From Nannocystales bacterium (GTDB taxonomy: Bacteria; Myxococcota_A; Polyangia; Nannocystales; Nannocystaceae): a stretch of 64,000 nucleotides of DNA. Positions 1 through 9,978 of this stretch are shown piece after piece (the first letter of the stretch is position 1; each line of letters begins with the position of its first letter). Under the pieces are notes generated by a model. The model worked only from the letters and a program-made list of their open reading frames with translations. It searched no databases and was not told the DNA's origin. Both the position numbers and the translations under genes were made by a program. The stretch is taken from the NCBI GenBank assembly GCA_050633305.1, contig JBOEGF010000018.1:64001-128000 (forward strand), in the 5' to 3' direction.

Positions 1-850
1 CGTCTCCGCTGAAGGTGGCGAGCTCGAGTCGTGCCGCGCCATCGCGGTGTTGTCGGACGTGCCGACCTCGTGTTCGGATCGGCGGATCGACCAAGGCGTC
101 CTCGACCACGCCCGAGAAAGTCTGCGCGCTCAGGCGCACGCCCTGTTTGGGGTCGAGTTGTGCGCTGATGTTGCCGGAGTGGGCGTCGAGCGTGTGCTCG
201 CCTGATGCGAGCCCGCCTTCGAAGCCGATATCGCCGCTGATCGTCGAGAGCCGGCTGCGTTGTAACTCTGCATTGGCGATGGCGATGCCGCCTGAGATCG
301 TCTCCGCTTCGAGTCGCCCGCGGGCCTTGGCGACCCGTACGTCCCCGCTCACGGTGGAGAGCTCCGCTTCTTTCGACACACCCACCACCCGGATATCGCC
401 GCTTGTGGTGCTCGCTTCGACGCGCGTCGGCGAGCCGCCGACCGAGATGTCCCCCTGCAAGGTCGAGACGTGGGCCTCCCCCTGCAAGCCGACGATGGTG
501 ACGTCGCCGCGTCGAGTGTGAACGGTCACCCGGGCGCGTACCGGGACCGACAGTCGCACGCGGCCACTACCCGGTGCCGCGATCCCGCGGACCACCACTT
601 CGACGCGCCGTTTGCTTCCGACCAGGTCGACCGAGAATCCTGAGGGGAGTGAAGCTTCGGCGACGGACACCACGTGCGTGGTCGTCGTCTCGATCTCGAC
701 GTCGAGGTCCCCCACGTCGGCTTCTACGGCGACGTTGGGCCGTGTTTCGATGGAGCTGGCAGACGTGTTCGCGGCTGCGTTGCGGTGCACGAGCCACACG
801 GAGGCTCCGGCCGCACCTCGAAGCCACGCCCTGCGCCCGAGGACCCTCAC
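1..850 (-). CDS. DUF4097/adhesin-like beta-strand repeat protein, 3' end runs off the window
   Basis: Missing from the ORF track because there is no stop inside the window. The GTG at 850 overlaps the TGA of the upstream gene. It reads VRVLGRRAWLRGAAGAS... (Tat-like RR) and then repeated T-x-(S/Q)GD(I/V)-x-V motifs (STLQGDISV, STTSGDIRV, STVSGDVRV). Confidence 0.8.
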   Translation of the reverse strand, partial: MRVLGRRAWLRGAAGASVWLVHRNAAANTSASSIETRPNVAVEADVGDLDVEIETTTTHVVSVAEASLPSGFSVDLVGSKRRVEVVVRGIAAPGSGRVRLSVPVRARVTVHTRRGDVTIVGLQGEAHVSTLQGDISVGGSPTRVEASTTSGDIRVVGVSKEAELSTVSGDVRVAKARGRLEAETISGGIAIANAELQRSRLSTISGDIGFEGGLASGEHTLDAHSGNISAQLDPKQGVRLSAQTFSGVVEDALVDPPIRTRGRHVRQHRDGAARLELATFSGD

Positions 851-1368
851 CGACGCACCCCCGTTGCGCGAACCAGCAAGGAGAGCTGCCGATCGTAGGC
901 GTGCCGGAGCATACGCTGAAGGTGCGCGTCGCCGGGATGTTGCACCAACGCCGCGCGGGACTGATCGACCGCGTCTCCGATAGTCGCGAGGTTCTTGTCG
1001 TAGACCGCGAGCAACGCGGGGTCGAGGTCGCTTCGACGTCGAGCGTATGCCTGCTGAAGAGCGACGACCGCTGTCTGGAGATCGTCTTCGGCGGGGAGGA
1101 GGGCTTCGTCCCGTGGAGCCCATGTGTCGGAGGACGGCAGGCCCGAGAGGGTGGGGTGCACCGAAGAGACCGCGGGGTCCAGCGTCATGAGGCCGAACAC
1201 GTTCAGCAACACCACGGCGGCGGCCATCAACCACGGTGCGAGTGACCGACGTACGGGCGTTTGAAGCTCGGCCTCGATGCCGGACCAAAGTTGGGCCTGC
1301 AGTTGTGCGGGAACGTTCGGGGTCTCCAGCTCCTGATCGAGCAGACGGTCGAGCTCGTCGTCGGTCAT
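847..1368 (-). CDS. Putative membrane-anchored anti-sigma factor
   Basis: ATG at 1368 overlaps the ECF stop (ATGA). N-terminal helical domain (DDELDRLL...LWSGIEAEL), one TM helix (WLMAAAVVLLNVFGLM), then a C-terminal helical domain. Confidence 0.75.
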   Translation of the reverse strand: MTDDELDRLLDQELETPNVPAQLQAQLWSGIEAELQTPVRRSLAPWLMAAAVVLLNVFGLMTLDPAVSSVHPTLSGLPSSDTWAPRDEALLPAEDDLQTAVVALQQAYARRRSDLDPALLAVYDKNLATIGDAVDQSRAALVQHPGDAHLQRMLRHAYDRQLSLLVRATGVRR

Positions 1369-1916
1369 GACAGAGCCTCCTTCAGCAGCGCGCGGGCGCG
1401 GTGCAGCTGCGCCTTGGTCGTGCCGATGCTCGAACGCATGACCTCCGCAATCTGGGCGTGGGAGAACCCCTCGATCGCGTGCAGCACGAAGACGGTGCGG
1501 GCTCGGTCCGGCAACGAGGCGATTGCGCGGTCGAGGTCGAGACCGGCGTCGACCCGGGCTTGGGGGGGGCCAATCTCGTTGGGCCCCGCGGCGCGTTGTT
1601 CGCGAAGAACGCGCCGCTGGTCGGAGCGCCGCTCGCCCAGCACGATGTTGATCGCAAGTCGGTGCAGCCACGTGCCGAAGGCTGCATCGCCCCGGAATCC
1701 TCCAAGGCGCTCCCATGCCCGGACGAACACCTCTTGGGTCCTGGCCTGGGCATCGTGGTCGTCACCGCCCGAGAGCCGCCAACACAGGCGGAGGACCGAG
1801 CCCACGTGATCGCGGTACAGCTGCTCGAACGCCGCCACATCACCACGCTGCGCCCGAGTGACAAGGTCACAGCGGCGGGGGATCTCGAGACGAGCAGCGG
1901 CGGCCACAGTGGTCAC
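1365..1916 (-). CDS. ECF RNA polymerase sigma-70 family factor
   Basis: Region 2 (AFEQLYRDH, QEVFVRAW, FGTWLHRLAIN) and region 4 (RTVFVLHAIEGFSHAQIAEVMRSSIGTTKAQLHRAR). Confidence 0.95.
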   Translation of the reverse strand: MTTVAAAARLEIPRRCDLVTRAQRGDVAAFEQLYRDHVGSVLRLCWRLSGGDDHDAQARTQEVFVRAWERLGGFRGDAAFGTWLHRLAINIVLGERRSDQRRVLREQRAAGPNEIGPPQARVDAGLDLDRAIASLPDRARTVFVLHAIEGFSHAQIAEVMRSSIGTTKAQLHRARALLKEALS

Positions 1917-1923
1917 GGCGCCT

Positions 1924-1998
1924 CTTGGATGCCACGGGGGGCTGAAAGGTTTGAAAGTTTTTTCGTCTTCAACCTCTGGGCTTCCGGCGGCATCGAAG
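1924..1998. promoter_or_regulatory. Two back-to-back ECF-type promoters (AACC-N15-GCATCnAAG)
   Basis: Plus strand: TTCAACC 1968-1974, 15 nt, GCATCGAAG 1990-1998. Minus strand: TTCAAACC 1955-1948, 15 nt, GCATCCAAG 1932-1924. Confidence 0.7.
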
Positions 1999-2002
1999 CG
2001 CC

Positions 2003-2761
2003 ATGACCCCCCGTCTCCTCCCGTGTCTTTTCCTAACCCTCCTCGCCTGTACTCCCGGCTCCTCTGCCTTCGCGGAGGATTCCTCTCCGGCCCAACAGTC
2101 CGGCAGCGAGTTCACCTGGTCTGACACCGCCACGGCGGGCAGTTCGGTCCGCCTCTCCAACGTTCATGGGGATGTTCAGCTCGTCAGCTCCAAGGACAAG
2201 ACGATCCGAGTGCGTGCGACGAAGTCCGGCCGCGATGCCGAACTGGCCGAGGTCATCGTCGAGACCGTGGGCGACGACGTCAACATCAGGACGAAGCTTC
2301 CCGAGGGCCGCAAGCACAACCGGTCGACCGATGTTCGCGTGAACTACGTCGTGGAGGTGCCGGCGGGCATCGCGTTCAACGCCAACGTCGTGTCCGGAAA
2401 CATCCACGCCCGGGGGATCGATGGTCCTCTCGACCTCGAGGCGGTCTCGGGAAACATCGATGCCGCCGGATCCGGAGATCTCAGGGTCACCACGGTCAGC
2501 GGTAACGCGACGGTGGAGCTGCCCGCGGGGTCCCGTCGGGCCATGCTCGAAGCGGTCAACGGATCGCTGGAGGTCTCGGTGCCAACGTCGTTGGGGCTGG
2601 ACCTCGCCGCAACGTCGATCAATGGGCGAATCCAGTCCGAGGTCACCCACGAGCGCACCACGAAACTCGTGGGGTCGGAGGTTCGCATCTCCAGAGGCGA
2701 CCGCGCCGCAACCGTCCGGCTGGAAACCGTCAACGGCGCCATCCAGATCCGCAACGGCTGA
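2003..2761 (+). CDS. Exported DUF4097 family beta-strand repeat protein
   Basis: Signal peptide, then repeats NVVSGNI, EAVSGNI, TTVSGNA, EAVNGSL, TSINGRI, ETVNGAI. Confidence 0.88.
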   Translation: MTPRLLPCLFLTLLACTPGSSAFAEDSSPAQQSGSEFTWSDTATAGSSVRLSNVHGDVQLVSSKDKTIRVRATKSGRDAELAEVIVETVGDDVNIRTKLPEGRKHNRSTDVRVNYVVEVPAGIAFNANVVSGNIHARGIDGPLDLEAVSGNIDAAGSGDLRVTTVSGNATVELPAGSRRAMLEAVNGSLEVSVPTSLGLDLAATSINGRIQSEVTHERTTKLVGSEVRISRGDRAATVRLETVNGAIQIRNG

Positions 2762-2834
2762 TGCGTCGTGCGGTCGCGGGGATGGTCGCACGGCACTGGC
2801 ATCTCGGGCCCACAGACGGCACGCTTCGGCACCC

Positions 2835-3965
2835 ATGGCCGACGCGAAGCCCAAGTCAAAAGCGTTCAAGGACTGGTTCGACAAGCCGGCGGCCAAAGCC
2901 CTCGGAGCCCAGATGCAGGGGGCGTGGTCCGGGTTCGACACGGCAGCATTTCAGCGCCGCGCCACGAAAGGGCTGCTCGACCTGGAGTTCTCAGGCCGCG
3001 TGCAACAGTTCGCCGATGCCCTCGCCGCGGGTCTCCCCGATGACATCCCGAAGGCACTCGGTATCATCGCCGACAGCCTCCCGGAGATCATGCCCGGCGC
3101 GGACAGTGTGACAGACGGCTGGCTGCAGTGGCCGGTTGGGCAGTTCATCGCCGACCACGGAGTGCCGCACTTTGAGGAGTCGATGCACGCCATGATCGAG
3201 CTGACGCAACGGTTCTCGTCCGAGTTCGCGGTGCGTCCCTTCGTAGACCAACGCCCCGTGGAAACCTTTGCCCGGTTGCAGGAGCTGACCTCACACGAGA
3301 GTCAGCACGTGCGTCGTTGGTGTAGCGAAGGCGTGCGGCCCCGTCTTCCTTGGGGCAAGGTGCTCAAGGCGTTGGTCGCCGATCCCGGCCCGATCTGGCC
3401 GATTCTCGATGCGCTCCAAGGGGACGACGAGCGCTACGTGCAACGCTCGGTGGCCAACACGCTCGGGGACATTGCAAAGGACCACCCCGAGGCCGCGGTC
3501 CGGTGGGCAAAAGCGTGCGCGAAGCGGGGCGGCGAACATGGGCTGTGGATCGCCAAACATGGCCTTCGGGGCCCGATCAAGGCGGGCCATGCCGGCGCCC
3601 TCGCGGCGGTTGGGTTTCTCCCGCCGAAAAAGGTGACAGCCACACTCTCCGCCTCGCCGAAGACCGTCCGGGTGGGAGAGGCGGTCGAGCTTCACGCAGA
3701 GTTGGGGACCACGCACTCCCGCAAGCAAACGCTTCTGGTCGACTACATCGTCCACTACGTTCGCAAGACCAAGACCGGTGGGGGCAAGACCTTCAAGTGG
3801 AAGACGGTCGAGCTTCCCGCTCGAGGGAGCTTCGAGCTGACGAAGCGACACTCGATGAAGACCACCACCATTCGCGCCCTGTACCCCGGCCGTCACCGGG
3901 TGGAGTTGTTGGTCGGCGGCGAGGTCCTGGCGGAGACCGCGTTCACACTCAAGCCAGCTCGGTGA
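2835..3965 (+). CDS. DNA alkylation repair protein (AlkC/AlkD-like HEAT-repeat glycosylase with C-terminal Ig-like domain)
   Basis: Motifs ELTQRFSSEFAVRPF, HVRRWCSEGVRPRLPW, YVQRSVANTLGDIAKDHP and TTIRALYPGRHRVEL. Start set at ATG 2835. Confidence 0.88.
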   Translation: MADAKPKSKAFKDWFDKPAAKALGAQMQGAWSGFDTAAFQRRATKGLLDLEFSGRVQQFADALAAGLPDDIPKALGIIADSLPEIMPGADSVTDGWLQWPVGQFIADHGVPHFEESMHAMIELTQRFSSEFAVRPFVDQRPVETFARLQELTSHESQHVRRWCSEGVRPRLPWGKVLKALVADPGPIWPILDALQGDDERYVQRSVANTLGDIAKDHPEAAVRWAKACAKRGGEHGLWIAKHGLRGPIKAGHAGALAAVGFLPPKKVTATLSASPKTVRVGEAVELHAELGTTHSRKQTLLVDYIVHYVRKTKTGGGKTFKWKTVELPARGSFELTKRHSMKTTTIRALYPGRHRVELLVGGEVLAETAFTLKPAR

Positions 3966-5166
3966 CGATCTCGATCTTGCCCGCGCAGAGGGTGCGATGG
4001 ACCGGGCATCGGTCGGCGATCTCCAGCAGCCGCGCGTGCTGGGTTGCATCGAGTTCGCCGCGTAGCTCGATTCGCCGGTCAATGCGATCTACCTTGGCTT
4101 TCGGGTCGTCGTGTTCGCCACAGGTCTCGCAGTCCGCCGCGTGCACCTTGGCGTGCCGTAGGTGGCAGACCGCCTGGTCCAGCGGCCAGCCCTTGCGGTC
4201 GGCGTACATGCGCAGCGTCATGACCGTACAGGCGCCGAGCGAGCTCAGCAGCAGACCGTAGGGACTTGGGCCACGGTCCTCGCCGCCCATCTCGCGGGGT
4301 TCGTCGGCGATGACCGAATGCTCGCCCACCGTCAGCTCGGTGGTGAACGCTCGCTGTGGACCCCACGCGGTGACGTCGTCGCTCGCTGAACTCGACTCGT
4401 CCGAACCCGGCAGGAATCGTTGCGCCCACGCGGCGATCACGTTGGCGGCGAATCGGGCGTCGGCGGGACGGGTGAGGAGATGGTCCGCACCATCGAGGGC
4501 GACGAAGCTCTTGGGGTGCTTCGCTGCCGTGAAAATCTCCGCGGCATTCTCCACCCCCACGACTGTATCGCCGGGCGCGTGCAGGACGAGCAGAGCACGT
4601 CGGAGTTCGCCGATTGCGGTCTGCATCTCATGAGCGCGCAGGTCCTCGAGAAAGCTGCGCCTGATCGTGAACTGTCGTCCCGCGAGGTTCACGGCGGCTT
4701 CGCCTTCTCGCTCGACCGTTTCGATTTGGTCGTCGATCAGCGCCAGGACATGATCCGGCCGAGCGGGGGCGCCGAGCGTTGCGACTGCGGCGACGCTTTG
4801 CACGGAGGCCGCCGCACGGAGAACGGCCGCACCACCAAGGGAGTGGCCGATCAGAAGCTGAGGGGACGCGTGGTGCAGCTCCAGCCATTGGCAGGCGCCG
4901 ATCAGGTCCTGCACGTTGCTGGAGAAGTGGGTGTCCGCGAACTCGCCTTCACTGTCGCCAAGGCCTGTGAAGTCGAAGCGAAGCACCGCCCAGCCATGCT
5001 CCACGAGCGTGCGAGACACATGCACGGCCGCCGTCAGGTTCTTGCTGCACGTAAAACAGTGGGCGAAGACCGCGTACGCTCGGGGCTGGTCGCGAAGCGG
5101 GAGGTCAAGACGTGCTGAAAGCTGTTCGCCGCGCCCGTTTCCGAAGGTCACACGCCGGGTCTTCAC
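3949..5166 (-). CDS. Bifunctional alpha/beta hydrolase / OsmC family protein
   Basis: AHCFTCSK, RFDFTGLGDSEG, GHSLGG nucleophile and ADHLL; C-terminal OsmC domain (GPSPYGLLLSSLGACT...IADRCPVHRTL). Likely GTG start at 5166. Confidence 0.92.
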   Translation of the reverse strand: MKTRRVTFGNGRGEQLSARLDLPLRDQPRAYAVFAHCFTCSKNLTAAVHVSRTLVEHGWAVLRFDFTGLGDSEGEFADTHFSSNVQDLIGACQWLELHHASPQLLIGHSLGGAAVLRAAASVQSVAAVATLGAPARPDHVLALIDDQIETVEREGEAAVNLAGRQFTIRRSFLEDLRAHEMQTAIGELRRALLVLHAPGDTVVGVENAAEIFTAAKHPKSFVALDGADHLLTRPADARFAANVIAAWAQRFLPGSDESSSASDDVTAWGPQRAFTTELTVGEHSVIADEPREMGGEDRGPSPYGLLLSSLGACTVMTLRMYADRKGWPLDQAVCHLRHAKVHAADCETCGEHDDPKAKVDRIDRRIELRGELDATQHARLLEIADRCPVHRTLCAGKIEIVTELA

Positions 5167-5250
5167 ACCGTGAGCGTGGCACACCTGTCGCATACGCGGG
5201 CAAGGTGGGGCCACCATTCGGATCGCGGGGGTGTTATCACTGGGTTTCTC

Positions 5251-6168
5251 GTGGACGCGCCGTTCTTCGATGATCTCTCCCGGGCCCTGGGAATGACCCT
5301 GCTGGAGGTGGGCGACCTTCGAGTCACCCCACTGTTCCTGCTGAAGTTCGTCGTCCTCTTCGCCGCGCTCGTCGCCCTGTCCAGGTTCGTCCGACGCAGA
5401 CTGGTCCTGCGGCTGCTCCGCAACGCGGAGATCGATCCCGGGGTCAAATACGCGGTCGCTCGAATCGCGGCCTATGGCGTGTGGGTGTTGGGGTTGCTCG
5501 TCGGGCTACCGCTGGTGGGCATCCAACTCAACAGTCTGCTCGTCGCCTTTGGTGCGGTGGGCATCGGGATTGGACTTGGACTTCAGAAGATCGCCGAGAA
5601 CTTCATCAGCGGCATGATCCTGTTGTTCGCCCGCCCGGTGAAGGTTGGCGACCGAGTCCGACTCGGTGACGTCGAGGGGACCATCATCGAGATTCAGGGA
5701 CGGGTGACGCTGGTCCGCGACAACAACAACGTCGTCTACCTCGTCCCCAACGCCACGCTGGTCTCGGACCTGGTGGTCAACCTGACGCACAACGACCGCG
5801 TGGTCCGCTACGTGTTCGATGTGGGCGTCTCGTACAACGCCGATCCCAAGACGGTCAAAGAGCTCCTGCTCACCGTAGCCTCTGAGCACCCAGCGCTCCT
5901 CGACGACCCCCCGCCTGATGTCCTGTTCGTCGGGTTCGGGGACTCCTCCATCAACTTCAAGCTGCGCGGGTACTGCAAGGAGATGATCGAGGTACCCGAC
6001 CAGCTCAAGAGCGAGATCAACTTCGCCATCTGGTACGCGCTCAAGGAAGCGGGCATCGAGATCCCATTTCCCCAGCGCGACCTGCACATCAAGTCTGGCT
6101 TCACGCTCGAAGGTGGTCGCTTGGCGACTGTGGCCAAGGTCCCCAGACCACCGCAGACCGGTGCGTAG
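5251..6168 (+). CDS. Small-conductance mechanosensitive channel (MscS family)
   Basis: GIGIGLGLQKIAENFISG, RPVKVGD, GFGDSSINF, GIEIPFPQRDLHI. Start codon uncertain (5251 or 5293). Confidence 0.9.
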   Translation: MDAPFFDDLSRALGMTLLEVGDLRVTPLFLLKFVVLFAALVALSRFVRRRLVLRLLRNAEIDPGVKYAVARIAAYGVWVLGLLVGLPLVGIQLNSLLVAFGAVGIGIGLGLQKIAENFISGMILLFARPVKVGDRVRLGDVEGTIIEIQGRVTLVRDNNNVVYLVPNATLVSDLVVNLTHNDRVVRYVFDVGVSYNADPKTVKELLLTVASEHPALLDDPPPDVLFVGFGDSSINFKLRGYCKEMIEVPDQLKSEINFAIWYALKEAGIEIPFPQRDLHIKSGFTLEGGRLATVAKVPRPPQTGA

Positions 6169-6248
6169 CGACCAGCCACGACGAAAGAGCGTTCGCCTGT
6201 CGAAAGCGCTTGCGAAGCTGAGGCCCCGCTGCTATCAACTCCGCCCAC

Positions 6249-6322
<74 letters not shown>

Positions 6323-6330
6323 CTGCTGAG

Positions 6331-6366
6331 AACCGCCTCCACAAAAGTGGGGGCGGTTTTCGTTTT
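6331..6366 (+). terminator. Intrinsic terminator after tRNA-Arg
   Basis: AACCGCCTCCAC-AAAA-GTGGGGGCGGTT followed by TTCGTTTT. Confidence 0.85.
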
Positions 6367-6438
6367 GGTTCGCGAGGCTGGGGCACGTGTCGGGCAGATG
6401 TTCGGCGGAGTGGGACCGGTCTGGGAGTCGGGGTTGGG

Positions 6439-6963
6439 ATGCGTAGCTCCCGCGCGGTTCACGTACAGATGACGGGCGTCGAGCCCTCGGGCGAGTTTGA
6501 TCCCTCGCGATACGATTCCAGCGTGAACGGCACGCAAGAGGCCGTCGCTGTCGAGCTCAGCTTTGGGCAGCCTGAACACGGCTGGATGCCGGTCGACCTT
6601 CGGATCGGCGAATTCACGTTCCGGACCAAAGCGTCGAACGTGCTCAACGACCCGCTCGCGGACTTTCTCGAACTTCGCGTGTTCGTCCTTGGCGAAATGC
6701 TCGGCCACCACCTCGTCTCGCTCTGGCTGGAGCCCGCGGCGTACATCGTAGAGGTCACCCGGGTCGACCAGACGCTCGCCTCGGTCAAGGTCTGGTTCGA
6801 GGAGGACTTCGTCGCTCCGAAGCTGCGCAACACGAGCAAGTGCGTCTTTGCGGGGGTCGTGGAACGAAGCAGGACCGCCCGCCGAATCGAGCAGGTGACC
6901 TTCCAAGGGCGCATACGCCCAACTGTCACGCCAAGGACAGCCTTCATCCGCTGGGAGCTCTGA
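6439..6963 (+). CDS. Hypothetical protein
   Basis: Globular-looking composition (GQPEHGWMPVDL...LWLEPAAY); no family recognised; start uncertain. Confidence 0.55.
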   Translation: MRSSRAVHVQMTGVEPSGEFDPSRYDSSVNGTQEAVAVELSFGQPEHGWMPVDLRIGEFTFRTKASNVLNDPLADFLELRVFVLGEMLGHHLVSLWLEPAAYIVEVTRVDQTLASVKVWFEEDFVAPKLRNTSKCVFAGVVERSRTARRIEQVTFQGRIRPTVTPRTAFIRWEL

Positions 6964-7010
6964 AGCTCGTGGGCGGCAACTCGAACACAGAGTCCGCGAG
7001 GTGCAAGAAC

Positions 7011-7832
7011 TCACTCTCCGCGGGAGACGCGACGTTCGCCGCCGCAGGCAGAGATCGCCCAACCTCCGTCGACGTCTCGGATCGCGATGGCCGGCGGCTC
7101 CATGGTCAGCTCCTTGCCTGGCCGGGAGCGCTCCCGGCTGACGCGCACCAGCAGCGGCCCGTCATCAGCTTCGAGCACGACCACAGCTTCGGCGCGGTAT
7201 GTCCAACACCACGACCGGTCGTCATCGAACGCACTCGACGACTGCTCGACGTCGACCGTGAACGGAGGGCCCGCCGCTCGCGCTTGGATCGAATCGCCGC
7301 AGCGACCGTAGCTCCCAAGGGCGAGGCCGGGGAGAATGACGAGCCGAGCTGGGTCCGAGGAGAGCACCAAGTGGTAGGCTCGCGCCGACGTTCCTCCGGT
7401 GGAGACAAGCCATGGCGGATCCCCCTCGCAGGCACGCCCCTCACACAGATGGACCCGCGCTGCCTCCTCGTCGTCGGGAGGTGTCTCTACTTGATCAGAG
7501 AGCTTGCCGATCAGCGTTCGGTACGCTGACAGCCAACCCGCGAAGTGGCAGGTGGATCCCTTCACCCGCAGGACCTCGGCGGTGCAGCCCGACCGCCCAG
7601 TCCACCGCTCGAGGGTCACCGGGGGCGGTGGAAATGGTTCGACGGCAGATCGGTTGACGTTGTCGGCCGGCATCGCCGGGGCCGGGACCATATCCGGGGT
7701 CGGCCTCTCCGTCTCGACACGGGCAGCTTGCGGGGGCTCAGGTGGCTCGGTCTCCTCGGGCGTCGCAACGGACGGTGGCGCGCTGCAGGTGAGCCCCAGC
7801 GCCGCGACCGCGGTCCACATTCTCCAGAGCAT
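7011..7832 (-). CDS. Hypothetical exported Cys-containing protein
   Basis: Signal-like N-terminus (MWTAVAALGLTC), Pro/Glu linker, Cys-containing domain. Confidence 0.6.
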   Translation of the reverse strand: MLWRMWTAVAALGLTCSAPPSVATPEETEPPEPPQAARVETERPTPDMVPAPAMPADNVNRSAVEPFPPPPVTLERWTGRSGCTAEVLRVKGSTCHFAGWLSAYRTLIGKLSDQVETPPDDEEAARVHLCEGRACEGDPPWLVSTGGTSARAYHLVLSSDPARLVILPGLALGSYGRCGDSIQARAAGPPFTVDVEQSSSAFDDDRSWCWTYRAEAVVVLEADDGPLLVRVSRERSRPGKELTMEPPAIAIRDVDGGWAISACGGERRVSRGE

Positions 7833-8481
7833 CGGCACCTGACGCGGCGAGTGCAGCACGAGCTGGGGACTCAGCGCCAGCGCGTAGGGCCGGGGTTGCA
7901 TGGCTGGCGCCACCGGCGGCTCCGCGGGAACTCGACAGGCTGAAGTGCCGGGGGCAAACAGCCAGCGCCTGAGCCGCCTATCGTTGCAGACTCAACGACC
8001 TCAAATCGGGGAAGAGTGTGCGTGCTTGCTGTTGGGGCGGGGCTCAACCGGGTGGGTCTGTGGCCTCCTACAGCCTCCACATCGAAGGGCTTCCTCGTCC
8101 CAGTTGTTTGAGCTGCTCGACGCATAGTCACCGACACCAGGTCCATGGGGCAGCCCGTGCCGGATCGGGCGAGTTCCCCTCGGTAGCCGTTGAACCTGCC
8201 GCGCGGTGGCTCTGCATTCTGTCTGCGACCCACGACCGGCCCAATAGCGCTCGGCCGTTCACCGCGCCAGGTCCCCCGTGGAGGGGCAGCTGAGCAAGGA
8301 GTGGCGTCATTTCGACCAATGGGACGGGGAATCAGCGTTCGCATTGCATCGCAAAACTGCGAGGCGAACTCGCAGTCCTCGATACATGTATACATTCGAT
8401 GATCCGCGTCGTGACCCGGAGCACCGCCGGGGCCTGGTCGGGGGTTGGCGGCTGCACGCCTGCGTGCTGCTCGCACGGCTT

Positions 8482-9267
8482 CTAGCCCGGCCCTTCGGGA
8501 ACTTCGCAAGCCCTCGTGACCGTCGACGGTTGAGCGCCGTCGAGGATTCCGTCACGGCAGTCGAGGAAGGCTTGCACGCAGTCGGATCCGGCTGCCGGGG
8601 CGCAGCTCACCTGCAGCTGTGCGACGACGGACTCGGTGTAGTTCAAGACGCTCGTGCCCACTCCGCCCACCCCGGTCGACCCCTTCATGGGCTCCGGAAC
8701 GAAAAAGGCGTCGTCGATGCAGTTCTTCGAATCCGGCAGGCACGTCGTGCACAGGGTTTCCGCGAGCTGAGTTTGCGTCGTCGTCGGCGTCATCGACTTG
8801 GTCGCCTGATGGATGCACAGCCTCTGCTCAAAGCTCGTGGGCGAAGCGCAGCCATCGGGGAACCCGCAGCTGGCACGCGCCTCGAGGAGCTCTTCGCGTT
8901 CGACGTCGAAAACCTCGACGCACGCCGTGAACTCGGCAAGGTCGCACTCGTCGAGCGTCTCGCCGCACGCCTCGACGAACGCGGCCGCCGCATCGCAATA
9001 CATGGTCAGCGCCGAGGACCCTCCCGTGTCGGTCCCGGATTCGTCGTTGGACGTCGTGCCGGATTCTGCCGACGAAGCATGGGTGTCGCCCTCGCCCATC
9101 GAGGTGGAGGCTTGCGTGGTCGTGCCGCTGGACGCCGAGGTGTTTTCCGCCGAGCCGCCTGCGGGGCCCGAACCGTCGCCCGCGTTGTCACCACACGCGG
9201 TAAGAACAGCTGCGACAACGCACGTGAAAAGTAGCCCTCGAAGCACATCCCGGACGACGGCCTGCAT
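8482..9267 (-). CDS. Cys-rich lipoprotein
   Basis: Lipobox VLTAC, Ser/Thr/Gly linker, many Cys; typical myxobacterial architecture. Confidence 0.75.
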   Translation of the reverse strand: MQAVVRDVLRGLLFTCVVAAVLTACGDNAGDGSGPAGGSAENTSASSGTTTQASTSMGEGDTHASSAESGTTSNDESGTDTGGSSALTMYCDAAAAFVEACGETLDECDLAEFTACVEVFDVEREELLEARASCGFPDGCASPTSFEQRLCIHQATKSMTPTTTQTQLAETLCTTCLPDSKNCIDDAFFVPEPMKGSTGVGGVGTSVLNYTESVVAQLQVSCAPAAGSDCVQAFLDCRDGILDGAQPSTVTRACEVPEGPG

Positions 9268-9978
9268 CGGGGAAACGTCGCAGGGTCGGGTCGATCGTTC
9301 CCGACCGAGCAGACTCGGCGGACGGACTGGCAGCGTCCTCACCGAACCAGGTGTTCCAGAGCGCGAGCATCTTCCTGCCCCCGTTCGAGCCGCCAAACCG
9401 TCCACGCTGGCACACCCCGGGAGCAAGAGCTTGTGAGAATCGGACACCGAGTCGGTCTAGCCGGCGGTCGGTTAACCCTGTGATTAATCGTCCCACCGCG
9501 GGCCTTGGCTGGGCAGGGACCCCGTTCACGAGCGGACTCCGGCCAGGCTCCTCATCGCGAGAGCCACACGCGCCCGCCGCCGCGGTCGCGTTGTGGCTGC
9601 GGCGCGGAGGGTCCGGCGGGACCAACTCGAGTTTTGTGAGTGGAAGGATGACGGGGATGGCGCATGCGGGCGGGCGCGAGCGTTGCGGCGATCTGCACGT
9701 GCAGCCGCCGCCCTCCGCGTCCGCCGATCCGGCCGTCGTTCCTGGATCGTCGGTGCCGCCCGAGTCGTTGCTGGGCTCGCCGCGCCGAGCCCGTCGAGGC
9801 ACAGCTCCCGAAGCGGTCGAGGTTCGGAGGGGCAGCGTCGGCGACCGCCACCGTACACTCCACCCGTCTCGGTCACCGGTCGTGACATCGGTCGACGGAA
9901 GCGAAGCTCGTACGTCCGACTCGTCGAGGGGCGTTCGTCTTCGGCATCACGCGTGTGACCCGGCAGCTCGCGGCCGTC

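Noticed and set aside
7900..8480. Gene or ncRNA in the 0.6-kb gap (palindrome ATACATGTAT near 8383)
   Set aside because: The ORFs have non-protein-like composition, and a single short palindrome is insufficient.
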